Part shown: piece after piece, positions 49,992-61,465 of the stretch | Layout of the letters: every line of letters begins with the position of its first letter | Numbering within the stretch: the stretch's first letter is position 1 | Assembly (NCBI GenBank): GCA_964234715.1 | Contig: OZ174284.1 | Source of the DNA: Podarcis melisellensis | Taxonomy: Eukaryota | Direction: 5' to 3' (one strand) | Length of the DNA: 64,000 nt | Position numbers and translations under genes: made by a program | The notes under the pieces: model-generated | The model's input: only the letters and a program-made list of their open reading frames with translations | The model's database searches: none | Told to the model about the DNA's origin: nothing

Positions 49992-50802
49992 TTCTTTTTC
50001 TAGGGCGCTTCCTTACATGCATAACATCTGGCTGTGATGGAGTGGAGCCTCCTGGCCTGTTCTAAGCTGTAGCTGGCTGCCACAATGAGCGTTCTGATGA
50101 CTTTGCTCCCCCATGATTCACAGAGGTGGGGCAGCAGAAGGAGAAGGAAATGAAGGGCACTATAAAAGCTGCTTCTTCCTCCACATAGCAGGGCAAAGTC
50201 TAATGTTGGATTCTCCCTGCCCTGAAGCTAATGGGAAGGATGACAAGCAGACAGTAGCAATTCCAGAAAGTTTTTGCTTAGAGTGAATCAAGGGTTTAGC
50301 ACTGGGATCTGTTTTCTTCTAGGACTGAGACACGGCACGGAAGTGTGTCTCTGAGTGTGTAGTTTGGTAAGGAGGCCTTGCTTGTTGGAGAGTGCAACTT
50401 TCAGGCAGGATTGACGACCGGTTTTTCTAATTTTTGAGATGAAGCATTGCTGTTTTCTAAGCCCCGTGGATCTGACGGTTTCTCTGCCAAGCCTTGCTTT
50501 GGTGCTCCCACTGGGTTTTCACTTTTGGCCATGGGGAGGAGGAGAAAATAGGCTGGACACTTAGAATTTGCTAAAAAAAAGAGGAAATGCACCACCTACA
50601 AAGAAGATAAAAGTGGACCCAAATTGCATGAAAATTATACATTCCAATAAGTATATACACATGCAAGATTAGAAACAATTAGTAATTCACATAGAAATCC
50701 AATGGTGGGGAAGTTCAGTCCACTGCTAAGTGCCAACTGTTGATGGGCTACTTCAAAGTCCCTGCAGGTGGAAAGAGAAAGCTCAGGAGGCACTTCAAAG
50801 TA

Positions 50803-51028
50803 CAGTGGTACCTTGGGTTACAAACACTTCGGGTTACAGACTCCGCTAACCCAGAAGTAGTACCTTGGGTTAAGAACTTTACCTCAGGATGAGAACAGAA
50901 ATCGCACGGTGACTGCACATCGGCAGTGGGAGGCCCCATTAGCTAAAGTGGTACCTCAGGTTAAGAACAGTTTCAGGTTAAGAACGGACCTCCAGAATGA
51001 ATTAAGTTCATAACCAGAGATACCACAG
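50803..51028 (+). mobile_element. Tc1/pogo MITE, family copy 3
   Basis: TA|cagtggtaccttgggtta ... taaccagagataccacag|TA. Confidence 0.9.
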
Positions 51029-52484
51029 TATATTGAATATTTAGGTCATGTCTGAACTGAGCCACAGAGTGAAGCCATTTTATACCCATAATAATCCCAC
51101 TTTAAACAAAAACAACAACAGCAACCTTGGACAGCCCACTTATTTCTTAATTTATAGTGCCAGAGACACAAACTATCTGAGCAAGATGAGTCAGCACTTG
51201 TGACCCCTGTGTAAATGTGGTTTTAAAAATCCCTCCCCCGTGTCTGCTGGGTGTTGCTCCCCGCCAGATGATGCCCCTGGCTGTAATCAGAATTTGGGAG
51301 TTTCACTCCCTTCTGTTGCCCAATCTATACAGAAGCTATGGCTTCAACCTGCCCGTCACGTGTGCTTGTTGAGCTTGCTGATACCTTGCTTTCTGAGGAT
51401 TAGTCAAATGTGAACACAACAAGGACCAAGGGAGAAGCAGTCAGAGATGTGAAGCAATGGCACACGAGGAAGTTGCTGTTTGGCACCTCACTGTACTAGG
51501 CGAGGCAAGTAAATACTGGCAGTGAAATGTCACCAAATCGTTTCACCAGCTGATGGCATCTCACTGCCTGCTAGGCTATGGGAGAAAAAGTCCCCTGGCA
51601 TTAAAGTTGCCAGAAAACAGAGCACATGTTTCAATTAAGGTCTGTGCTGCAAAGCCATGGCTGAGTTGCATCACATGTTCAGAGAGTATCAGCCCAGCTA
51701 ACATTGAGTGACTCCAGTTACTGTTTTAGGCTGTGAAGTTGTAGTATTTTAGGCTGAAAATGCTGATTGGATAATCAGCGTGCATTTCCACCCTTTTAGA
51801 AATATTTTAAAGCAGCCAAGAGAATACAAAGGCTTGTTATTTTGGAATTAAGACTCAAAAGGCTCATGCCTGGCAATCTGCTTTTAGATTCCTGTTTTAT
51901 CAGCTCTGAGCCTAGCAAAATGTGGCTCAGAGATGTGGGTTCAGTCGGGGCGATCTGGCCTTGTATACAAATCTTGGAATGGCAGTGGCAGTGGAGCTTT
52001 TATAGAGTCCTCCCACCTATCTTATGTAATTTAACTGAATGACAGTGCAAAAAATATGTGTATGGCTGGATTAGGAAAGTGAACTAGCGAGTTGAACAAT
52101 CACATTTGGATTAGTTTTAACCACAGATATTTTAAAACTATTTTAATCCATGTATATTTATTAGATGGCCTCGTCACAGAATAAAGAAAACGAAATGGAT
52201 GTATCTAATGAAGCAAACCTGGCCTCTTACATAACTTTCCCCAGTATACCTTCCCTTTCCTGCTAGCTAATGCTTCCCTCCCTATTTCCACATTTGACAT
52301 CACATATCTTTTTCTTGAAAGCCTATATTCCCTGTGCTCAGGTGTGAGAGCCGTTGCTTGTGTAGCCCTCAATGCCCAAGAGAGAAGCAGTCCCAAGATC
52401 AGAAGAAGAAGTAGAAACTTTAGGGGGAAAGTATAAGGAGGTGAGACCCCTTCAAACAACCCAGTCATGACTGAGCATGCTCAG

Positions 52485-52579
52485 TGGTTGTGGAATGCTC
52501 CCATGGTTGTGGAATGCTCCCATGGTTGTGGAATGCTCCCATGGTTGTGGAATGCTCCCATGGTTGTGGAATGCTCCCA
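52485..52579. repeat. minisatellite, 5 perfect copies of the 19-mer TGGTTGTGGAATGCTCCCA
   Basis: Units start at 52485, 52504, 52523, 52542, 52561. Confidence 0.97.
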
Positions 52580-53284
52580 TGTCTATTTGCAGGGTGAGGC
52601 AGGTGGAGAGAAGAGAGTTGGAGTATCATAGAAAAGGGAATAAATAGGTCATGAGTGGAATGCTGAACAGAAGCATTCCACCTGGCAAATTTTTGTTGCA
52701 GGTCCCACTCATCCTTTCCTAAAAGCTTATTTGGTCATTGCTGCTCTTCTTCCATTGTGCGGTGTCTTCGCTTATTGGTTACAATGCTATGCTTCATTAA
52801 CAGACTTTTTCCTGATTCTCCCCCAGTGGGTTATATTTAACTGAATGGACTGAAGTTAGTACTGGCCTTTAATTTCAAGAGGTCTACCCTGAGTAGAATT
52901 CACATTAGATCCAACCCAGCAGCTCTTTTCCCCTAGTGAGGCCGGGTGCCCTTTGCTCTTCAACACTCTTTCTGCAAGCTCTGCAGCTGTTTGGTGACAA
53001 GCATGGAGCACGCACAGTAAGAGACCTGTTCCTTCCTATAATGCTCACTTGTGCTCTTTTGTTTCTGGAAAGAGAGGGGGGAAAGGAGCATAGCTTTGTG
53101 GTGGAGCCAAGTGAGACCCAAGTGATTTTGGGCAATGCCTGGACTTGAGGAAGAACCCTGCTAGAGAGTGTCGTGGGAGCCTTTGGCAGAACACACCATC
53201 TTGAACCAGTACAGACTGGAAGCCAAACTAGACAAGACGGTAGATGAGAGAGGGAAGAGGCAGTGAAGGTGAAGATGCATTAAT

Positions 53285-53800
53285 GGAAGAGCTGTAGCCC
53301 GGTGGTAGAGCATTTGCCTTGCATGTAGAAGGTCCCAAGTTCAATCCCCTGGTGCTGGAGGAGACTCTTGAGAGTCCCATAGACTGCAAGAAGATCAAAC
53401 CTATCCATTCTTAAGGAAATCAGCCCTGGAAGGACAGATCCTGAAGCTGAGGCTCCCATACTTTGGCCACCTCATGAGAAGAGAAGACTCCCTGGAAAAG
53501 ACCCTCATGTTGGGAAAGATGGAGGGCACAAGGAGAAGCGGACGACAGAGGACGAGATGGTTGGACAGTGTTCTCAAAGCTACCAGCATGAGTTTGACCA
53601 AACTGCGGGAGGCAGTGGAAGACAGGAGTGCCTGGCGTGCTCTGGTCCATGGGGTCACAAAGAGTCGGACACCACTAAACGACTAAACAAGAACATCTCC
53701 AGGTAGGACTGTGAGAGACCCTCACCAGAAAGCCTGGAGTGTAGACAAAACTGAACAAGATGGACCAATGGGATGACTTGGTACAAGGCTTCCTATGTTT
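53285..53800 (+). mobile_element. tRNA-derived SINE with CR1-like tail (Squam2-like), split by BovB
   Basis: Head gctgtagcccggtggtagagcatttgccttgcatgtagaaggtcccaagttcaatcccctgg (A and B boxes) resumes as catctccaggtagg at 53694; tail gatggaccaatgg...cttcctatgtt. Confidence 0.8.
53350..53693 (+). mobile_element. BovB (RTE) LINE 3' end, 5'-truncated
   Basis: ORF MRREDSLEKTLMLGKMEGTRRSGRQRTRWLDSV...WRALVHGVTKSRT is the BovB ORF C-terminus; short CAA-like tail. Confidence 0.93.
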
Positions 53801-54982
53801 TTAAGAATAATTGGAGGATTTTTTAACCCTTTCCTGCCTGTGCTCTCTGTGAAAATGGGTCCTTCCCCTAGCTGGATTATTAGGGGAAGTGTACATTCAC
53901 ACCTACTTACATTGGTGTGAAACAGTTTCATATGTGCTGCTGCTTCCATTTGACCATTTCACTTTGCTGGTCCGTCCTGCTTTAGCTGAGCGCCTGCCTC
54001 CTAACTTGCATGGAATGTGTGACATGGGCAAGCCACAGAAAAATGTGGAGCAAGCTGCTTCCCTCTTTTATTGCAGGTTAAGTAGTATAGATATATCTTC
54101 CTCAGCCCATCCCATGTGTAAACAAGCCAGAATCTTCTTTAATCTTCCATAGTGTTTTCCCACCTCCCCTCTTCCTTTTGTCCCCTCCTTTGTTGTATCG
54201 GTGCCACCTACACCCACGTACAAATCGCCTGGTGTTGACATCCTGGCAGCTCTTCAATTTATTCTTGTGCTCCAGCCCAGAGCAGTTTCAATGACGCCAA
54301 AAAGCATAAGCCCTGGAGGAGAGCAGCTACCTCTGTGACTCGCATCTCAGCGGACCAAAGAACAGCTGGGCAGAGAACTGTCTGAAAAGCTCAGGTACCC
54401 TTTAACTCTTCATAGACGGATAGATAGATCATCCCAAGAGGAAATGCACAATCCTTCAGTCCCTGCTCCGAAGCTTTTCTGCCTGCTTGGCTGTCGTGAA
54501 CTGACAGGTAGTGGGAACAGGTAGCACTAAGACAGGACAAAAGAGCCCTTTGAGGAATCTGGCTCCTGTTGCTGTAGAGGTGCAGGTCAAGCTGCTAAGC
54601 TATTATGACAAACCCAGGATGATTGATAGCACCTTCTGGGGTCTGGCCTAACAGACAGAGGGACAAGTTAGCAACAAAGCTCAGTAGGAGAATAAAAGGA
54701 TTGGCGTTGCAGGTACTAAGTTAGAGTTGCCTTCTGCTTGCTTTTGTGGGTTTGCTACATTCCCTGAGTTTGATCAAAAGGATTTTGAGAGCTAGCTATG
54801 GAAATAGGCAGGTGGGAAAATAGGAATCCAAGGCAGTTTTACTTAAAACTAGGAATGGAGTGTAATGAATGTACCCCATAGCAGATAAACACAAAAGTAG
54901 CACAAAGTTAACATGATCAAGTGTAGCACATAACTAGCTTTTCAGATGCTATGAAGTGAACTTCTTTGACTGGACTTCAGAA

Positions 54983-55014
<32 letters not shown>

Positions 55015-55020
55015 CACACA
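54983..55020. repeat. (TG)n(CG)n(CA)n microsatellite
   Basis: Directly visible. Confidence 0.9.
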
Positions 55021-56093
55021 CAGTCAAACCAGAAAAGAACTATTTATATATCTGCATTAGCATCATGATACCTTTGAAGCACACTGTGGCAGCCCCCCTT
55101 TAGACTGCTAACTCACGAATTAGTGGTGGAAGTGGGGGTAACTCAGCAACAAGGTAAAATCTCCTTATGGACCAACTTGAATTAGCATAAGCAGGATTTC
55201 AGATTTCCTTATCCCTGGCTAATTCAGCGTATAGCATTACACAAGTCTGCATTTTTGTTTTCTAGGAACAGTTGGTCTGCTGATAGGTATATTAGGGGGA
55301 AAGCATTAAAAGTAATGAATTGCTGGTTTGTTTGTTTGGGGTTCTTTTATTTTAAAAAAAAGGCCTTCACCCTGCCCTCATTTGATTAATGGTATAGCCT
55401 GCCGAATTACATGCAATGTTGACATGAGATGGTCTGCTGATGTTCTTCCTAAGTGCCATGCACTTTACATGGTCAAACAACACCAAAGTAAAAAGGAACT
55501 CCAGCTAATTAAGCTTTCTTCACAAGCAGATGCTGGCAGGGTTGTGCTTTCATGACTCAGTCCACAGAGAAACACCAAAAAGTTTTGCACGTCGCACTGG
55601 TTAAATAATGCCCTTAAGACTTTAGCGATCCTTTTAAAAAAAGTATACCTTCTTGTTTTGGAATTTCAGATGCAAGAGTGCTTTGAAATATTTAGTGCTT
55701 CCTATTAAGTGCAGTGGGAAGGCAGGGAGCACTACATCATTTACTTTCTTTTGGATGAGAGAGTATTGGCAACTTTCTAATACAGTTCCATCATTTTGAG
55801 TCAAAGCTGCAAATTGAGTATGAGAAAATTAAACCTAGTGGCTTTTGTCTAAGACGTCCATTTTATTCTGAGATAGGACGCAGTATCTTAGAGGATAAAG
55901 TTTTTGCCTTCTATTCAGTAGACCTGGTTTCACAATTTTGGTCTAGTATTAATGACACATTAGATGATCCTGGAGAAACCACAATATACTCTGTTTCCCA
56001 TCTATAAAATGGGAAGAACAATAAAATAATGAGGCTGAGCAAGCGGTAATGAGGAAGAGCATAAGATAATAGCATATGAAGTGGTGTAAATAC

Positions 56094-57095
56094 CATAGAA
56101 TCATAGAGTTGGAAGAGACCACAAGGGCCATCGAGTCCAACCCCCTGCCAAGCAGGAAACACCATCAGAGCACTCCTGACATATGGTTGTCAAGCCTCTG
56201 CTTAAAGACCTCCAAAGAAGGAGACTCCACCACACTCCTTGGCAGCAAATTCCACTGTCGAACAGCTCTTACTGTCAGGAAGTTCTTCCTAATGTTTAGG
56301 TGGAATCTTCTTTCTTGTAGTTTGGATCCATTGCTCCGTGTCCGCTTCTCTGGAGCAGCAGAAAACAACCTTTCTCCCTCCTCTATGTGACATCCTTTTA
56401 TATATTTGAACATGGCTATCATATCACCCCTTAACCTCCTCTTCTCCAGGCTAAACATGCCCAGCTCCCTTAGCCGTTCCTCATAAGGCATTGTTTCCAG
56501 GCCTTTGACCATTTTGGTTGCCCTCCTCTGGACACGTTCCAGTTTGTCAGTGTCCTTCTTGAACTGTGGTGCCCAGAACTGGACACAGTACTCCAGGTGA
56601 GGTCTGACCAGAGCAGAATACAGTGGCACTATTACTTCCCTTGATCTAGATGCTATACTCCTATTGATGCAGCCCAGAATTGCATTGGCTTTTTTAGCTG
56701 CCGCGTCACACTTGGCTCATGTCAAGTTTGTGGTCAACCAAGACTCCTAGATCCTTTTCACACGTACTGCTCTCAAGCCAGGTGTCACCCATCTTGTATT
56801 TGTGCCTCTCATTTTTTTTTGCCCAAGTGCAATACATTTAAAATTCATCTTGTTTGTTTTGGCCCAGTTCTCTAATCTGTCAAGGTCGTTTTGAAGTGTG
56901 ATCCTGTCCTCTGGGGTGTTAGCCACCCCTCCCAGTTTGGTGTCATCTGCAAATTTGATCAGGATGCCCTTGAGTCCATCATCCAAGTCGTTGATAAAGA
57001 TGTTGAATAAGACTGGGCCCAAGACAGAACCCTGTGGCACCCCACTAGTCACTCTTCTCCAGGATGAAGAGGAACCATTGATGAGCACCCTTTGG
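56094..57095 (-). mobile_element. young CR1 LINE, 3' about 1 kb with RT C-terminus, frameshifted
   Basis: [22 protein letters not shown]...[10 protein letters not shown] and [19 protein letters not shown] in broken ORFs; (TTCTATGA) tail at 56094. Confidence 0.96.
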
Positions 57096-58428
57096 TGCTA
57101 CCAAAAGCAGTGAATGCACTGCTACTACTTTATTAAAGAAAATATAGTATAAAAAGACCCTGGGCAAACGTCTACAAATGCACCATTCAGGTAGCCAGAA
57201 ATTTAAGGAAACTGCAGCAACTATTTTATATATTTTATATTTTATATCATGCTATTTTTAATCTATTCTTTTTATAAATATCCTATAACAGTTCCAATAG
57301 GTTTTTTTACCTACTTGATCATCTATTGTGATGCTTAGCTCTTTCATTCATTTTCCTATTCCTTTTGTGACCTTTAATTTTCTCTAGAGTTAAATTCCAT
57401 ATGACTAAAGAATCTGTTCTATTCCCTGGATTACTCACTCATCTCTCTATGTGGGGTGACCACAACTTCACACAGGTGCAAAGTTATCAGTGCATGATTG
57501 ATTTATGCAATAATATTTAACTTTGGCCTTGTTGCTGGCAATAACTAACCTACCTCACAAGGTGTTTGTTCAGATATAATGTAAATGAAGTGGAAGATAA
57601 AAATGCAAGGAACTTTCTGTGTGTGTATTTGTCCATCTCTTCTTCCTAGTACTGAAGATCCTGTTTCTTTTTAGAGCTACAGTGCATCAGACTGATTTAA
57701 AATCAAATCAATTCCAGAGTGACTTAAGAACTCTTTGTTTGCATGTAACAGTTGATTTTGAATCTAATGTTGGGTGCACACAAATAAACAACATTTTCTT
57801 GGAAGGAAAAGGCAGTCTGCCATGTTTGTGTCTCTCAAGTGAATTACCTTTTATTCCTCTGCAAGAGAATTAATCTAGAGAAGCTGCAAAACTCAAATCT
57901 AGTTTATGACAGCCAGCCATGAAGTCTGAATCTGATGGGCCAGAGGCAGGTGGGGTGGCTGTGAAAGGGCTGGAAGAGTCAAGCAAGAACAGTAGAGGGT
58001 CAACAACAGAAGGTGTAGGCTGAAGATTTATTGTAATTAAAGCATACAAATTTTATAAACAGATATATAAACAGATTTTATATAGGTATAGTTTTAATTC
58101 TGTTAAAGTTTAACTGTACTAAATTTTTCAAAATGTTTATAGCCAGTCTTTGTTTTTAGCTGTAAGCTGCCTTAAGTTCCAACAGGGAAAAAGGCAGGGT
58201 ATAAATAAATATATAATAATATATATCAGATTGGACAGATGAGTTGGACTTGTAACAAAATGTTATTTGTGTGGAGTGCTCTTCTTCAGGTTTCTAGCTA
58301 CTTCATTCTATTCCCTGCCACCCCCCACTGCTGTTTCTTCCTCTCTAATAGTCATTCTGCATTCCATGCAAGCTGAGCATGCTCACTCCTCATGGGGCTG
58401 TTTTAGGGATCCTTCCCCTGTTAAATTT

Positions 58429-58430
<2 letters not shown>

Positions 58431-58489
<59 letters not shown>
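58431..58489. repeat. (AAT)n microsatellite
   Basis: About 19 units, directly visible. Confidence 0.95.
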
Positions 58490-59759
58490 GTATTTCTGTA
58501 AATCTTGCGACCCCCAAGGCTGCTGACATCTTCCTCTTGTGTGTGAATGGTGCCATTTGAATGACATGGCACTGATTTCAGAACACATGGAAACACTTTG
58601 GACCAGAGAGACTAGGAAGGCCATGTTAAAGTTCAACCTAATACTTAGCACATATTTGAAGCTGGGCAAGCCTTGTGAAAATCCAATATAGTTATTAGAT
58701 GAGCACCAGAGCATTATTTTTAGGCAGAGAGAGAGAGTTGGTTGGAAATGTCATCCACACATACAAAACAAAGTATGGTATTAACTTGGCCAGTGCTCAC
58801 ACCTGTGACTGATGTAATAATCTAAAATAGGTTAAAGCTAAAAACTTAATTGTTGCAGGCTGATCCAAATAATGCCCACGTATAATGATGTCACCAAGCT
58901 AAGGTCTATTTCTCCTTCAGGTGCTGCAAATTATGTCATGTCTTTTCTATCTGAGCTGGGTAATTTTCCTAGAACATTCATAGTTTTAGCCGACCAATAT
59001 TAGGGGCGAGAGTGGAAGGGCATAGCTAACTCTGTTGAGATGGCTTTATAGTTGAGAAGCTCCTAATGGAAAAGGGTTCAAATAGTGGGAAAATACAAAT
59101 GACCTGGCATCAAAAGGCAACCAAATAAGGGGCAATTCACTGGAGACTGTTTCTGTGGAATTGGCAAGGATTTGGAGACATTTTCCTCCTGGTGACAGAC
59201 AACTCATCAGGTAAGTCTGACTCTGGTGAGCCATCATGGTGAGAGGAATAAGAAAACAGGATAAAGGCACTAAAGACCACTCTGAAGAGGCAGTGGAGAT
59301 AGGAGTGTAAAACATGGAGTCACTGCTGTGGACGTTATCAAGTTGAGGCAGAATTAACTTCCCAGTTTCAGATGACTATGCCACAGCCCAAATTCAATGT
59401 CCTCCAGGCATCTATAGAAACGAAATTCTGTTGATGAAAAGAGCAAAGGCAGCAATGTTAACATTCCTTTTTTTCTTTTGTAGGTGGCAATATTTTATTG
59501 TAGTCATTGGGCATTTCTTCCCCTAGTATTTCCTCTTTCATCCTTAACTTGATTTTCTGTCTGTGTGGGAAGGGATAAATACTGGCCATTAGTCGATGGA
59601 AAGGAAGGGGATTCTATAGGTTGTGTAACTGGTTTGGGAGGGGTCATCCCATTACAGAAGTTCGACTTCATGCCTCCAGAAGGACACAAAGGTTAATGTG
59701 ATACTTTAATGTGATACTGATTAATGTGCTTTCAGGTTCAAACATGTTTGCAAGGCACT

Positions 59760-60231
59760 TAAGAAATCATGAGCGAAATATGAGAGATTAATTCAACCTC
59801 TGATGGCTTTACTATATTTGTTTGACCAAAGGGTGAGGAGCATGTTGCATAGGTGAGGGTGTTTTCGGTAGCAGTGAAGCTGGAAAGGAAAGGGTGATGT
59901 GGGAGAATTGATAGATGCCTCTCAAAGAAGTTCATTAGCCATAGCAGATGGGTAAGAGAGATAATAAGATCGCATAATGTCATATGGATTTGGTTTTCAT
60001 TTCTTGCACTGGTAAATAGAGGTGGGGAGTGCATCTATCAAAAATTGAATAATAAGCTATTTTGAGAGGTCTAGAAATTAGTTAATAGCCTGGTCCAGGT
60101 GGCACTGAGTATCTGAACTTGCTCTCTGTATGTTATATAGACAAATGGAAATGGAAAAAAACTCTATACCAGTTATTGCTTGGTTTTGTTATTTTTAAAA
60201 TTGAAAATCCAAATAAAATATCTTTTAAATA
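59760..60231 (+). mobile_element. possible degraded L1-clade LINE 3' end
   Basis: Fragments IQPLMALLYLFD and WIWFSFLALV recall the L1 ORF2 C-terminus; ends in a T-rich stretch, AATAAA and an A/T tail. Confidence 0.4.
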
Positions 60232-60312
60232 TCAACCTCTGATGGCTTTACTATATTTGTTTGACCAAAGGGTGAGGAGCATGTTGCATAGGTGAGGCTG
60301 TTTTCGGTAGCA
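59793..60312 (+). repeat. 81-bp direct repeat (59793-59873 and 60232-60312), 1 mismatch
   Basis: tcaacctctgatggc...ttttcggtagca occurs twice, 439 bp apart; mismatch g59859/c60298. Confidence 0.95.
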
Positions 60313-60789
60313 CTCTGACTTCCTGATTCATCTGTCTGGAATAGAATCTGCAATTAACACCAGTCTTGGCCTGGCAAACTACAGAGGAGAATCTTTTAAA
60401 TTCTAAAATGAACTTCTGGTTCTTCTTCATGTTCTTATCTGATTGTTATTCAGGTTGTCATTATCATCTTGTCTTGGTCATTAAGTTTATTCACCTTACT
60501 GGAATAATCATAATGATTTGTCCTGTTCACTGTTTGCACAAGAAATGTTATCTTTGTTATCATTAGTAATGATCTGCTTTTTGTCGTAATTGTGATCATT
60601 ATGCTACAACATTGTCTGTAAACATCATTAAACTTTAACTTTTTTTGTGACCTATTGGGAAACTAGATTGACTGAGTGTTTAGAGACACACATATAAGCC
60701 AGGAAAACAGGGAAGCTGTCAGAGGCCTGAAGCCTCACATCTAACTGAAATTCATTTGTGACCATGTTGTTGGAATATCTCTCTCTCTC

Positions 60790-61465
60790 TCAACAATAGA
60801 GTGCGCCTCTGGGGTGAAGTAAACTGCTGTGTTAGCAGCACTGAAGTGACCTCCTCGGGGCACAAGCCTGGGGGTCCTGGGCTGCCCAGTTGACAACACC
60901 CCTCCGCTTAGCCCAAAGAAAGCAGAGTGATATGTTTGGCACCAGCTTGGCTGCAGGAATTGCTATAAGGAGGCATACAGGGCACCATCCAACTGTCTTA
61001 TGGAACTGTACTCCAGATTTTTGTAGGGTTTACTCCTTAGCCTTTTCTTCTGCCAAAGATATCCTGCAAGGCAGCAGAGATTTAAGATCAGAGTTTTCCT
61101 TCTCCTAGATGGCCTACCTTCCCAGGTTGATGAGCCCCATCTGCCCCACACTTCCTTCTATGGCATGTGAAGAAACCAGCTTCTTGACTATTGAACCCAC
61201 TCTTGGTCTCATCAGCTCAATCCACCAGAGCCTGTCTTCACATGCAGGGGAAATCCCTAACTCAGAGAGAGTTTCAGGCTCAGCGGCTACACTCACCTGG
61301 TTTAGCCAACCAGCTGAAGCCATTTTCCAGGGTATGGCCGCTGTTGCATGCAGACAGCTTCTAGGAGCCACGGGTAAGGGCTGAATGTAAGGTGGGGACC
61401 AAAAGTTTACAAACTACCCCAGAAGGAGCACAACATGTTCCCCACCAGAGGTACTACCGCTGCCC
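60790..61465 (-). mobile_element. RTE-related non-autonomous element / RTE 5' UTR-like repeat
   Basis: gagttttccttctcctagatggcctaccttcccaggttgatgagcccc resembles the reversed RTE-clade 5' region; family assignment and limits from recall only. Confidence 0.5.

Noticed and set aside
52485-52579. CRISPR-like array
   Set aside because: Head-to-tail repeats without spacers, in a vertebrate genome
58267-58714. Poly-Asn, poly-Ile and poly-Tyr ORFs
   Set aside because: Translations of the (AAT)n microsatellite
59793-60312. Miniature LTR element (TRIM)
   Set aside because: The repeat does not start with TG, and there is no primer-binding site, polypurine tract or flanking 4-6 bp TSD
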